A program made the translations under genes and the position numbers. The notes below the pieces were generated by a model. That model saw only the letters and a program-made list of their open reading frames with translations, had not been told where the DNA came from and ran no database searches. From Tubulanus polymorphus (taxonomy: Eukaryota; Animalia; Nemertea), in NCBI RefSeq assembly GCF_964204645.1, contig NC_134033.1, forward strand, positions 4,674,231-4,738,230: 64,000 nt of DNA, written 5' to 3'. Position 1 is the stretch's first letter. Every line of letters begins with the position of its first letter. Below, piece by piece: positions 49,002 through 61,254 of this stretch.

Positions 49002-50289
49002 AGGCCATCGATCTTGTGTTTGACGTGGAAGCAGATGAATGAACAACGTTTTAGCAAGAATCAGTCTCAATGAATATACACGAAATGTATATTTACTGGA
49101 TGTAGAAGAAAATCAGAATCGTTGGATATAAATAAATGTTTGCAACGTTAATGTCACGAAAGCGGTTGCTCTTTTATTGTCATATTTTAACATTAGGCAT
49201 TCAGAAGTTTTGGCTGAAATAGGCAGAAATACAGGTATCCATCTCCAGCACCCCTGGAAACATTTACCATTGTAACGTTAGGTCATATCGACCAGGTTTT
49301 GAAAATGTGTTGATTAAAGATCTAATCTGGTACGTAATTGATTTTAGTTATGTACACGTTACCGTAAAACGGGGTGAATAGGAACAGGCAGTGGGAAAAG
49401 TTTTTTCTCTCCTCATATAAACTTTAACGTTTGACAAATTAATTCTAAATTCTTTTCAAACTTTAGCCACAACGCTAGCTAAGAAAAAACAAAGTAAATT
49501 ATGGAAGTCAATAGGAAGAGGCACATCTCTATGAAAAAAATATATGTTCCTTTTCAAATTTTGATAAGTTGAATTTACTACCTTGTACCACTTGGTCATA
49601 TGGACATGATATTTTCTGTAATCCAATCAATATTGGGTTCTACGTTAGGTACACGTATAACATGTAAATGACTGCACCAGTGAATGTAATGTTTTAATGT
49701 TAATGTTGATTGCTGATCACGAAACAATTAAACCGGTAGTGCCAGCAGGTACACAACCAATTTTCGACGTCGATCCTGCGTTGAAGACTGTGATGTCGAA
49801 ATACTAACGTGGATTTACGTCGATGGTTTTGTTTGTTGTAAGCTGGCGTCGCTTTACTACTTAATTTCAACGTTTTATCGACGTGGGCTTAAAACAAAGT
49901 TCTTTCAAAAACTAAATGAATCATTGTTGACAATATTTGTTTCTTCATTTGAAAACCGATGTGCTCAAATGGTCCTTAATAATCAATCACCGTCATACTC
50001 CACGGCAAATGTGGAAGACTTTCCGTTCAGACATCAATGTGACCTTTCCTCTTTATCAACGATTTAACCATCTGAGATTATTGGAAAACGACGATGGTAA
50101 TGTTATAAAATTGCATTGTGTTATGAACTGAGCTTAATCGGACTTCGAATTGCGGGACTCGAACACCATCGACTAAAATTAATCGATCGACGTAATAACG
50201 TCGCGGCCATTGCATACCGAAACAAAAACATGGAAAATGGTCACGATCATACATAAAGAGAAATTAATCATAAATATTGGTTCTAGATT

Positions 50290-50515
50290 TGGTTGCCCTC
50301 ACAACGCGTTGTTGGGGCATGCTGTATTTACTTCGTCGTCCGTCCATCTGTCCGCAGTGTTTTCCGTGCCCTAGCACCTAAACCCTTTGACAGACTTTCT
50401 TTACATTCAAGAGTTGTGTTGTCCTTGGTTAGTATCTGATTAGATTTTGGGTCCTGTAGGTCCAAGGTCAAGGTCGCAGAAATCCATTTTGTGAAATTCA
50501 TTCCCGGGCTCTAAC
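50290..50515. repeat. Possible Helentron-associated (HINE/DINE-like) non-autonomous element fragment
   Basis: Short terminal hairpin, a gtccgtccatctgtccg microsatellite and a caaggtcaaggtc motif. Confidence 0.4.
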
Positions 50516-50721
50516 TCACAAATAGTTTAAAATAACTAAATGAAATTCTATACGGATAGGATATTCTATTCTTAGCGTGGGTAAGGCCACAACAAAAGAA
50601 AACCCTGTTTCTCGGGCACGAACGACCCGACTCGATATTTCGCCATTACAAATAATCATTTCCAGAAAAAAATATAATTGCCTATGGACCTCGCCACCGG
50701 GTATACCCAACCAAAGACCGG

Positions 50722-52070
50722 TTAGCCTAACTTGTTGTTTACAGTAACCGGGTCAGATTCAGACCGTATAACATTAGATTTATCTACTAACTGGTAGTAA
50801 AAATCTGAACCGACTAATAACGCTACATTGAAAGAATTTGAACCACTGTTCACGCTATGTGCTAATGTTATACCCTTGAACTCAGGAATTCTAGAATAGG
50901 ATGTAACTTGAACTGACATAGGTTTAGTAATAACAGGGACAACTAACGCATCAAGCTCAAAACGTTCCTCTTCGACAAAAATAACATTCAAAGTAATAAT
51001 TATCAACTTCTTTGAATCCTGATGATCAAGCACCAAAACCAGAAAAATTCTCGTCTCTTCGTCTTGAAAGTGATCAACTTATAATGATTGGGTTATGAAT
51101 GACCTCTGAGATCCGTCATCAAATAACATTCCTGTATTTTCTATAATTATCTGACAGGAGGCAGTTGTCACAGCAGCAACAGCAGTTTTTAATAAAACCG
51201 AACCGCACGACTGCCATTGAATAGTAGTACAGTAAACTCTGCCTAAGTCGGATCTGGCCGAGTCGTATATAACCGCTCAACTCGGTGCAATATAAGAAAA
51301 AAATTCAGTTTCCTATATGAAATAATGCTTTCGTATTCTCGTAGCAATGTCTCAATCGTTATCGTTACTTACTGCGGCTAAGTCGTATATTCTGAACGAC
51401 CATTGGTCTAACCAGTATTATTTAACGCCGAGTAAATTCAATGACAATTTGTGACCGGACCAATAATGCTCGTAGGGCCGGCGCTGACCGTTCGAAACAG
51501 TAAATGAATTCTGCGGGTGGGTTCGAATCCCGGATAAATGACACTGACAGCAGAACGATTGCTGGCATGCGAGGTGGCACCCGACATGTGAATGCTGACC
51601 AGGGGATTTCCCGGCTACAGAATTAGATAGGGTTAATCGATCGCACATCAGACAGATGATACAAGCCACCAGCAACCAAAAAACTGATGTTACTTATTTA
51701 AATAGTACACATTCGATTATTTATTTACGTTTATTTCTGCATATAACAGTTTTTACAGTGAGTAAACCCTATATTAGCAACCATAGTCCTTAATGAATGA
51801 GTTCCAAAATATTAAAAAAAAATGGTCCTTCAGAGTCGGATTCGAACCATGTCGGACGAAACTTAGGCGAAGACTGTAGTACTGGTTATAGCCTGATCTG
51901 AAAAATCGACGCTTAAAGATGCAAGATTCTGGTTTCTTTAATTCCGACCCAACTGTTGACTGTTGTAACTTAGACTCATTCGAATCGATTTTAACATGTA
52001 AGCCAACCGGGTTTTTGGACGGGTTTGCTCCACGTAAACTAGTATGTTGGGAAACTGGACATGATTTATA
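50722..52070 (-). mobile_element. BEL/Pao LTR retrotransposon relic (gag end and protease region), split by a MITE
   Basis: VLLKTAVA, LFDDGSQRSFIT, DALVVPVITKP and ALLVGSDFYYQLV...VNNKLG are typical of the BEL/Pao aspartic protease region. Confidence 0.75.
51230..51876. mobile_element. Tc1/mariner-pogo-type MITE, second copy
   Basis: Same left TIR and body as 28292-28935. The right TIR is partly deleted; TA flanks on both sides. Confidence 0.88.
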
Positions 52071-53011
52071 TTTTATTTTGGAAACGAAATCTTATACAAA
52101 TATATACAAACGTAATACACGTAAATATAATACACGTGTAGATGTGACAATATAAGGTTATATTTGGGTTCATTATTTAAATGTTCACCTACGAATAAGA
52201 TTCAATGAAACGTTTCGATATTCCGAAAAATTTGATAATGTTATTTTAGGACAAAACGATTCACGTGAGCAATGAAATCATCAAAATCATCATCTCGAAT
52301 AATCTCAATCGATTTTTCAAAAACTACAAATTACTCTGATTTTGAGGGTATCTTGATATTGTTCTGTGAGCTTTCTAGAAAGTAGAAACTAGTTTGGATA
52401 AACATTCTGTCTCATGAAAATATGTTGAACCAAAAGAATCCAGGAGTATTTCAAGAATTCGGCAGCAGGCCGATCTCGAAGAGTTCGTTAACCTAAAGAA
52501 TCGAGAATTCCAAACACTTACAACTATATCAACATGATACATATCGTTATGAAACCACCACTGCTGCTACACTAACATATGGTTTTTTTTCGTAAAACTA
52601 GGTTTATAAAATCAAAGGCTTTTATACCGTTGAAGATATCAATGTAATAAATCATTTCACGTTTATACATTTCGACTCTAAAACGCTTGAATTCATCCAT
52701 TGTGTAAAACTAAACTTGAGTCGTCTACACGTGTTACAGTTGTTCGATGACTTTTACGCGCGTTGCGATGAAGAAACTACTCGGTACCACCGAATCAATA
52801 ACGAATAGCGAATAGCGTATGACGATTAACGGATAGCGAATAACGTTTAGCGATTGACGATCAGCGTGGCGGTCCAGGAATTCCGAACGGTTGAGGTTTT
52901 CAAAAGAGAGAGATCGTGAAAATATATACATACAAGCATTCATAGAATGTGCATATTACGTGACGCATTGGTATGTGTTCCATTTCATAGATTACAGGTT
53001 TCTCTCTCACG

Positions 53012-54083
53012 ATGAATTTCAGTTCGCAGACAACTTCACTACTCTCTACAACTACTAGAAATCCCTGCACACCTTACGTATTCCAAAACGTATTGTCAAT
53101 CAGCGTAAAACTAGCTGGAGGTTTTCCTATCCGTATCGTCGGAATAATTTTGAATTATTTCAGCATTGTGATTTTACGTCGCCAAACTTCAAATCACATA
53201 TCGCTCTACATTCTGCGATGTCTGGCAGTGGCTGACATAATCTTTCTTACATTTCACATAATTCAAGAGCCTTTTCGTTTCATTGTCTCCGGTTTGACCC
53301 AGGGTAGTCATATGTTCCTGATTCCTACGAGTATGAGTTGGGGTGTTCGGCCATGGATCTATCTGGTAGCTTGGTTACCGAGAAACTCAGCGCAAGTGAC
53401 AAGGAACTGGATAACTGTACTGCTAGTTTTAGAAACTAAGGTCCTTTTCTATCGCTAGGCCATTCTTCGCTAGAACTCATTCCACAATACCAAGGGTAAG
53501 AATTGTAGTTTGTTGTCTCTATATTATTTTTGGTATCTTAGGCTCTCCATTGATTATCGGTACTACAGTAGGTATCTGGTTTTATGACGAATGTAATAAA
53601 GTCGTCATAAAATCAATCCGCGGAGCAAGCGATCCCATACGAAGATACTTTCTCACTGAAATATTTACGTGGATTGATCACTTTGCTAGTCCTTTGTACA
53701 AAGAAATCCTGCCTGCCATAATGCTAATAATTTTCAACAGCCATCTGATATGGACTCTTAGAAAGATAAGTTCAAGGAGAAAACAAATTACACACGAAGG
53801 CGAACAAAGGCTAGACGTGAAAGCTATCAGGATAGCTGTAGCTATTGTTATTCTGTTTATCGTCTGTGAAATCCCTGCTTCGTTCCGATCTTATAACGAT
53901 TTCATCGGTCGCTTCGTCAAAATGCCACCTATTAAATACTCTACCACGATTTATATGCTTCAAGTACTGTTTACCGATCTTTTACCGACCTTGAACTCGT
54001 CTGTAAATTTCTTTATCTATTACTTAGCAAACGTTAATTTTAGAGAAACTGCAATAAAACTGTTGAGAAGGCGGCCAATTTAA
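53012..54083 (+). pseudogene. Class A GPCR related to 10023-11120, frameshifted at the ER motif
   Basis: MNFS...GIILN...LAVAD...QVTRNW...VLE, then an indel at ~53434-53445. It resumes SIARPFF...CEIPA...NSSVNFFIYYLANVNFR. Confidence 0.85.
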
Positions 54084-54601
54084 ACTCCGTCGAGCGAAAC
54101 AGATATATTTTGGATCCGTCCGGGTTTTTTTAGATTTCAGAGCCCCATCCCCGAAGCCACATTTGACGAGAATTTAAAATGTTTGATCACTAAACCAGTT
54201 AATTACAAAGATGGAACAGAATTTGCAAAAATCACTCCGGATACTTAAAGTTGCTGGGAACATAAAGATAATGATTAATGCAACATGAGCCAGGTACTTT
54301 GAATTGGATGTTGTCATTGCGAATTTATTACAAGAACTGTTGAAGGTATCTTTAAAACTGCGTACATTAATTACTTTTTTAAATTAATTTTTAATCAATT
54401 TTTATCAGAACATCAAATCTCTATATAGATTCAATTAACCCGATTGCCTTCGTTCTTACACTTTATGTCACAGTATCACTATCTCCGACGATCTTAGTTA
54501 TTACATAATAAGCAAATTGCGATACTTTGTGATATTTGCTAACAGTATGAATTCAAGCGTATATGCGGCTTTCTGTGATATGTAATACGTATCATAGCGA
54601 A

Positions 54602-56510
54602 TTGACAACGAGAGGGTTGTGAAATCGGAGGAACTGACTCCGTGGAATGACAATAGACCGAGACCTACCTAGTACCTAGAGTCCCCGTGACAAAAATAAA
54701 ACAGCACGATATGGCTTCAAAATGATGAATTAAAAAAAGTTCGTAGCCACAATAATCTACAAATAGAATAATTGTAATAAATCGTTGAATCTAATTCTGT
54801 CTTCTGTAATGAATTTCAATGTTCGCAATAAAACACTGATGTTCACTGGTACGAAAACAACTGCTCCTATTACGAGAATATAAAATTGAGAGGAGACTAA
54901 ATAACAAGAAGCGAGTGATTTGAATCATCAATTATAAAACCGCGTCTTCTAAAAATATACCCGAGAAATATCGACATCAAAACAAACAGCGCGCGCCCAA
55001 AATCAACTCAAATATCAATGAAATAATTCAACCAACCAGAAATCTAGGTTCCACAGGAATAGGGCCCGACCGGGTGGGTTGAGGTGGGCGCTGTCTGAAC
55101 CTGAAACCAGTTGTACGTAAGTTAATGTCATTTGTATTTCATAAGAAGTAGAGTTCAACACTTCAACTCTTCATACTCAAATCACACTTAACTCACAAAC
55201 TGTCAAACATTTACAATCGAGTTCAATTGTAAATAAATGCAACTTTTCCTGTTAAAAAGTTCCACTTGAAATTACAACTGTATTTTATATCAACAGCTGA
55301 AATTATGTTCTAATTCAAAGGTCTATCAACTAACTATTCTAACCTAACCTATTTATTCGGCCTACCTATTCAGGCTAGGGTTGGGGGTAGGGAGGGTTAT
55401 ATTGAAATAGAGATACATGTTATACAGGTCACACCGGAATTCTTCAGTCACTCTGTCATCATCATTCAACTTCAGGTTCAATCTTCTGTGACTAGGGGGT
55501 CTTGTTCTTCTCACTGAAGTAAAACATACAAGCCGTACCTGAATCGGGCCACTCTGTTGTGTGCTGGGGGTGAAGACACGTACTCTGTGGCCTAGTCTTC
55601 TGGGGTCTTTTCTCAGCGACGACCCTGAAATTGTCACGTTTATTTCAAGTTAAATATTTACATAATAGGGGTTGTCTTATAAATTTGAAAGAAACGGAAA
55701 TACTGAAAAAAGTAAAAAACCTGAAAATAGAGAGAAACCCTGGAATAAAAGAAGCGTGAAATACAGGATCCTGAAATAAAGATATCAGACATAAGTAATA
55801 AACAACCTGCTATTTCTATCTGTAGACCCAGAGACCCGCAGGACCCTGACGTAAATAACACCCTATTTACTAACTAACGCATTTCATTTAAAACTGCATG
55901 AATATTCATGCATTTCTATAACTTACTAACTCACCGAGTCAGTTCCTAGACTAACTAAACCTATGAAACATAATTTCAGCTGTTAATGTCCTCTAACTTA
56001 CAGTTTATCCAATCCTGTGCGTGTAATGTCTGAATTCCAATGATAATCATTGAGTCAATTTGAATCCTTGTGTTTTTGATAACAGTTCAGTGTTTTTTCA
56101 CAGTTTATATCAATCCGGAATTACATTCCATTCCAAATATATCCTGAACAAGAAGCCAATTCAAATTCCATTTAATTTCCAGTAACAGCTCAGCTTTTGA
56201 GAACAGTTAATCTTGGATTTCGTTTCAGCGCCATTCCGTTCATTCAGAATAAATCCTAGTATGTTCACAAGAGGTGTCTACTTTTTACGGGACACAGTTT
56301 GAGCACCTCTGTCCAGACTGGTAAACCATATACCATCGCGATAACCTCTATGTGTGAACATACACGGACACCCAAATGTAATAATCTGTGCGATCGACAA
56401 GAATTGTCGAACACAATGAAGCTTCATATTTGATATTATCTAACTATCGGGGTCACTGGTCATAATCCATCTTCGCTCTATAAACTACGCGGCTCTACAG
56501 AAATCAATAA
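54602..56510 (+). mobile_element. Unclassified dispersed element of ~1.9 kb, copy B (longest)
   Basis: Homologous to 38770-40580 and 25215-25522. Confidence 0.85.
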
Positions 56511-57236
56511 ATACATAATAGTTTCCATTTCCATTTTCTGTTTCCATTTTCTGTGGAAAAGACTCTCAGACCTAAATTTGAACCATACAAATCATGAGAA
56601 TTATAGTGCAGACTCGACACAATTTCAACCGAAGTCTTCGATGCAAGCTGGTGATGTTTTGTTTACCTTGGATTTTATATTTCCCTCAGCCTAATTTCAA
56701 AGTGAAATTAGGGTGATTTAGTGATTTAAAAGCAACTGTCAGCTGGTCATTTTACAATAAACGGGCAATATGTAACAATCCGTAGTTTTCGGTTCGACAC
56801 CATTAACTTAGCCATTCAAAAATACGCTGTGCTCGGTCATGCACGACCGTTGCATTTCAACATTACATACCAAATAAACATGGTATACATGTACTAACCT
56901 TCTCTACTAAAAAATTAATTACGATTATGGCATATGAATTAGCAGTCTTAAAGAATGGTTAACACATTTTCTCAGACACCTTGTATTTGAAATGTATATG
57001 TTAATATATCGAAGTTGGGTCAGTCGTGGTATCATTAAGACAGTGGTGCTGGTACCCCAGTGCCTTTAAACTGTTCATTGACCCGTATTACGACAAAACA
57101 TATATATCAAAATGGCGGCGTAGACACAAACACATTTCCGAAGCTCCGCTTAAAAGTTGGTTTAAGGTGGTCCGGTGTAAGTTTTTTTGTGGATTTTTTT
57201 CGTTATATCGCATCATTGGTACTGTGGACGTTCACT

Positions 57237-58193
57237 ATGGTTGGTGGAAATGGTAAAAAGAAACGCAATAAGTCTGGATCTGATGTTACCGCGGCAAAAC
57301 GTCGTGATCAGAAAAAGACCCCTAACAAGAATCCAGAATGTACTGGTGACATAGGTGACTGTTCATCCGAATCGAGTGATCACGGTGATAAGCCTAATAT
57401 AGACAGCGGAAATGATAGCAATGCGAGTCTCGGTGATATTGTTGCTATGTTGAGCGACATGTCAACGAAATTAAATCGGTTGGAGCCAATCGAAAAGGCA
57501 ATGGAAAATCTGTGCACAAAATATGACCAACTGTCGACTGATAACAAAATCACGAATGAAAAAATCGGTACATTGACCGCCGAAGTTGGCCGTTTACGCA
57601 TGAAAAACGTGAAGTTGAGCAATACCGTGCTCGACTTACAATCACGATCTATGAGGGGTAACCTCCTCTTTTTCGGCGTGCAGGAGGAAAAAGATGAAAT
57701 CGTGGCAGATGGAATCTACAACATTTTAACGTCGGAGGCTGGAATAAATGATGCGCGTGACAGAATAAAGTTTGTACGTGCACACCGTGTCGGAAAATAT
57801 AGTGCTGGAACTGTGCGACCGATTGTCGTTAAGTTCCACTTTTACCCTGATAGGGAAGAAATTCGTGGAAAATCCGCACTTCTGAAATCTCGTGGTCTTA
57901 GAATCGCCCAACAAGTCCCTAAAGAAATCCGAGAACGTAGAAAAGCGTACAACAACGTTGTGGAGGAGGCAATTACCAGAGGTGATAAATTTCATTTCAT
58001 TGGAGACAAACTTTACCTGAACAACCGCTTGTTCCAATTCAATGAGAAAGATTCAACGACACCCCCATCCAGACTTAATAAGAACGGGCTGGACAGCCAG
58101 ATTGTTATCGATCGCGAACAGAGGCACAATAGCGATGTCGGTGACGCGAGTGATGCCTTGCGCGAGGCACGTGCCACCCTCGATATGGAATAG
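57237..58193 (+). CDS. LINE ORF1p (coiled coil plus RRM-type, L1 ORF1-like)
   Basis: LQSRSMRGNLLFFGVQE, RAHRVG, RPIVVKF, PKEIRERRK and GDKLYLNN. First ATG at 57237. Confidence 0.88.
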   Translation: MVGGNGKKKRNKSGSDVTAAKRRDQKKTPNKNPECTGDIGDCSSESSDHGDKPNIDSGNDSNASLGDIVAMLSDMSTKLNRLEPIEKAMENLCTKYDQLSTDNKITNEKIGTLTAEVGRLRMKNVKLSNTVLDLQSRSMRGNLLFFGVQEEKDEIVADGIYNILTSEAGINDARDRIKFVRAHRVGKYSAGTVRPIVVKFHFYPDREEIRGKSALLKSRGLRIAQQVPKEIRERRKAYNNVVEEAITRGDKFHFIGDKLYLNNRLFQFNEKDSTTPPSRLNKNGLDSQIVIDREQRHNSDVGDASDALREARATLDME

Positions 58194-58226
58194 GAAAGCG
58201 TCGGAAATAATAATAACGCGGAACGA

Positions 58227-60393
58227 TTGAAACTCTGTTTCTTAAATATTAAAGGATTATTCAGTCGGAAAGCTGGTACACGGACATGTAAACTGGAAAC
58301 CTGGAACTCTAAAGACACCGTATTTTCAGTACCCAGTGGATATACGTTTTTTCAAAGTACGAGAATGAAAAACCCTCGCGCGCGTCGAAATTCTGGCGGA
58401 TTGTTGCTACTTTTTAAATCCGAATTACGGCAGGGTATTGAATTATTAGAAAATAACCATCCTGATATTTTATGGGTGAAATTATCAAAAGAATTCTTTA
58501 ATTTTGAAAGAGATATGTTTATTTGTTTAGTGTATGTAGCTTGTGATAATCGTGGCACGGATGACTTCTTTCATGATCTGAGTTGTCAGATACTTGCTCA
58601 TCAACTTGATGGCAATGTATTGGTGGCTGGTGACATAAATGCACGGACCAATGTATACTCGGGTCTCCCTCCCGATCCGGATGCTATTAATATGCAATTC
58701 CTTGAGTTCGAACATGGGGTACGAAAATTACTTGAAGACCATGATATTGACACAACTAGATCATCTCAAGATGATACTGTTAGACCAGATATTAGAGGCA
58801 TGAATATGATAAACATGTGCATAGGTTGTAATTTGTTAATATTAAACGGTAGGGCATTTCAGGATAAATCGGTTGGAAAGTTTACGTGTCATCAACCAGG
58901 TGGCAAAAGTGTGGTCAATTATGTATTAGCCGATTTTAACATGATTGATATACTGTCTGACTTCCACGTGTCTGACGAATTACCTTTCTCTGACCACGCG
59001 ATAATTTCTTTTAGTTTGCAGGCTAGGATTGATAAACACGATAATACCTCAAATACAAATTTTACGTCCCATAACAAAACTACTTGTCACAAATTCAAAT
59101 GGCGTAAAGAAAGGGAAGTTGAATTTGCTCAGTATATGCATTCAGATGATACCCAATCTTACCTCAACGATATTATAAACAATGCAATTAATAGAGAACA
59201 TAATGAGTTTTCAATTAACGAATTGGTTAACAATTTTTCAAAATTCTTCCAGACAGCGGTCGAAAAAGTTCATGGTTCATTTCAAAATTCGAGGAACATG
59301 AATAACAATAGGCCTATATCATGGTATGACGGCTCGTGCAGAAAAGCACGAAACGTGTTCAGCCGGGCAGTGCACCGACACAGATTGTGCCCGAATGATT
59401 TAAACCGATTTCTGGTCAAAGAAGCACGGGATAAATACAAGTCCACTATAAATAGTGCTAAAGCATTGTATGATGAACGTATGCTGGATGACCTGCTGAA
59501 AGCGCTAGATTCAAATAACCACAGAGATCTATGGTCCAAATTTAAAGGGCCCAATGAATACGTTGATACTCAACTAAGCATTGATGACTTATACGAGCAT
59601 TTTAAAAGTATCTAGTATGAAGATCGCCCTCCACTGGATGTTGATATCGACGTATCTGATCACATACTTGATCAGCAAATCACATTGGAGGAGGTTAATA
59701 GAGCATTTAAAATGCTAAAAAGAAATAAATCTGCAGGAATAGATGGTATAAAAGGCGAGGTATTTATCGCTGGTGGCAACCCAATTGTTACTCAACTTAC
59801 TATTCTTTTTAATATTATATTAGATAGTGGACGCTATCCCGAATCATGGAGCACTGGCTATATTGTTCCACTACACAAGGGTGGTTCAAACAATTCAGCA
59901 AATAATTACAGGGGCATAACCATCTTGTCGGTATTTGGCAAACTCTTCTCAATAATTTTGAATACTAGATTAACTTCATGGTGTGAGGCATACTCTGTTC
60001 TATCGGAGGCGCAAGCTGGCTTTAGGCCAACTTATAGTACAACGGACCAAATATTTGTATTGAATTCGGTTATAAATCACCTGTTAAACAAGAATTGCAA
60101 ATTATACGCGGCCTTCATTGATTTTCGAAGGCGTTTGATTTGGTTGACCGCTCGTTATTACTACAACAACTCTCTGTGAGTGGGATCTCGGGTAAAATAT
60201 TATGTATTATCAAATCTATGTATATGTCCACAAAATCATGTGTAAGATATCAAAACCATTACTCTGATTATTTCATTTGTGACACAGGGGTCAGACAGGG
60301 TGAATGTCTATCACCTTTACTTTTTAGTCTCTTTATCAATAACAAGGAAAGCTGTGTGAAATCCGGAAATTATGAGGGAATTGATATGGGAAC
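58227..60393 (+). pseudogene. LINE ORF2 (AP endonuclease and reverse transcriptase), disrupted
   Basis: APE motifs LNIKGL, ETW, SGG, GDINAR, LNGR, SVVNY and SDH. In-frame stop at 59613. RT motifs NYRGITILS, QAGFR, FIDF (frameshift at ~60128), AFD and GVRQGECLSPLLF. Confidence 0.9.
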
Positions 60394-61254
60394 CAGGGGC
60401 GGATCCAGGGGATGGGTAGACAGTATTGGAAGGAAATTTAAGGGCACCTTTCTGATCTTAGGGCACACCCAGTATCCAGGTCAATGCGAGCGCCGAAGGT
60501 GCGAAGTCCTTAGAGGGGGGTCTGGGGGCCGACCCCCATAAAATTTTGAAAATATGGTACCATTTAAAGGCTTTTAGAGGGCTACTAGAGGCTAGCAGAG
60601 CAATCCAGAATAAACGAATTCGAGACAAGATTTCAACACATGCGGATAAAAAATGAAGCCGGCGAACCCATGAAAGAATGGTTGTCGCCAACTTCGCCTA
60701 GTGCCCCTATAATCTTTATAAGTGCCCCTTAACAATTATACAGAATACGGCTAAGTGCCCCTTCATTGTTAACAATCGGCAAAAATTGCCTCGTCTTCAC
60801 ATTTATCCTTATGTCGTGTGCCATCTTCCAAGCCAAAAGTGCCCCTAAAATTTTAAAAATTAGGCAAAAAGTGCCCTTTTCTTCAACATTTTCCGCGTAT
60901 CGTGCCCTCTTCTAAAGTTCGAGTGCCCCTTTAGCCCTCCCTGAAAAGGCAAGGAAGGACAAGGTGCCCTCATCTAAAGCAGGAGTGCCCCTTGCAAAAG
61001 GAAAGTGCCCTTTTTAATTTATCATGATTAAAGGCTTTACAAATATGATTATCTCTCCTCACTTTCTCGGCAGCGGTATATACCGATTAATTTTATAATT
61101 ATGCCCGGATTACGGACACTGAAATAGCGGTTGCTGAAATAATGCCGTCAAAAATATTGCCGGTAAAATTTCGAAGGGCACTTAAAAATTCGAGACCTCG
61201 GGATTTTTTGACTGTCTTCCGGAAGGCATGGAAGGCACCCTGGATCCGCCCCTG
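60394..61254. mobile_element. Non-autonomous DNA transposon (hAT-like MITE, 861 bp)
   Basis: TIRs caggggcggatccaggg / ccctggatccgcccctg and many internal gtgccc(t/c) motifs. No clean TSD. Confidence 0.8.

Larger units (their letters stand above)
57100..60393 (+). mobile_element. Non-LTR retrotransposon (APE-RT LINE; clade uncertain, RTEX/L2-group-like), 5'-intact and 3'-truncated
   Basis: Short 5' UTR with a YY1-like aaaatggcggc motif, then ORF1 and ORF2. It breaks off at a MITE before the YADD motif. Confidence 0.9.

Noticed and set aside
57060-57236. N-terminal extension of LINE ORF1 in the ORF track
   Set aside because: It starts at GTG and spans the probable 5' UTR and element boundary; the first ATG is at 57237.
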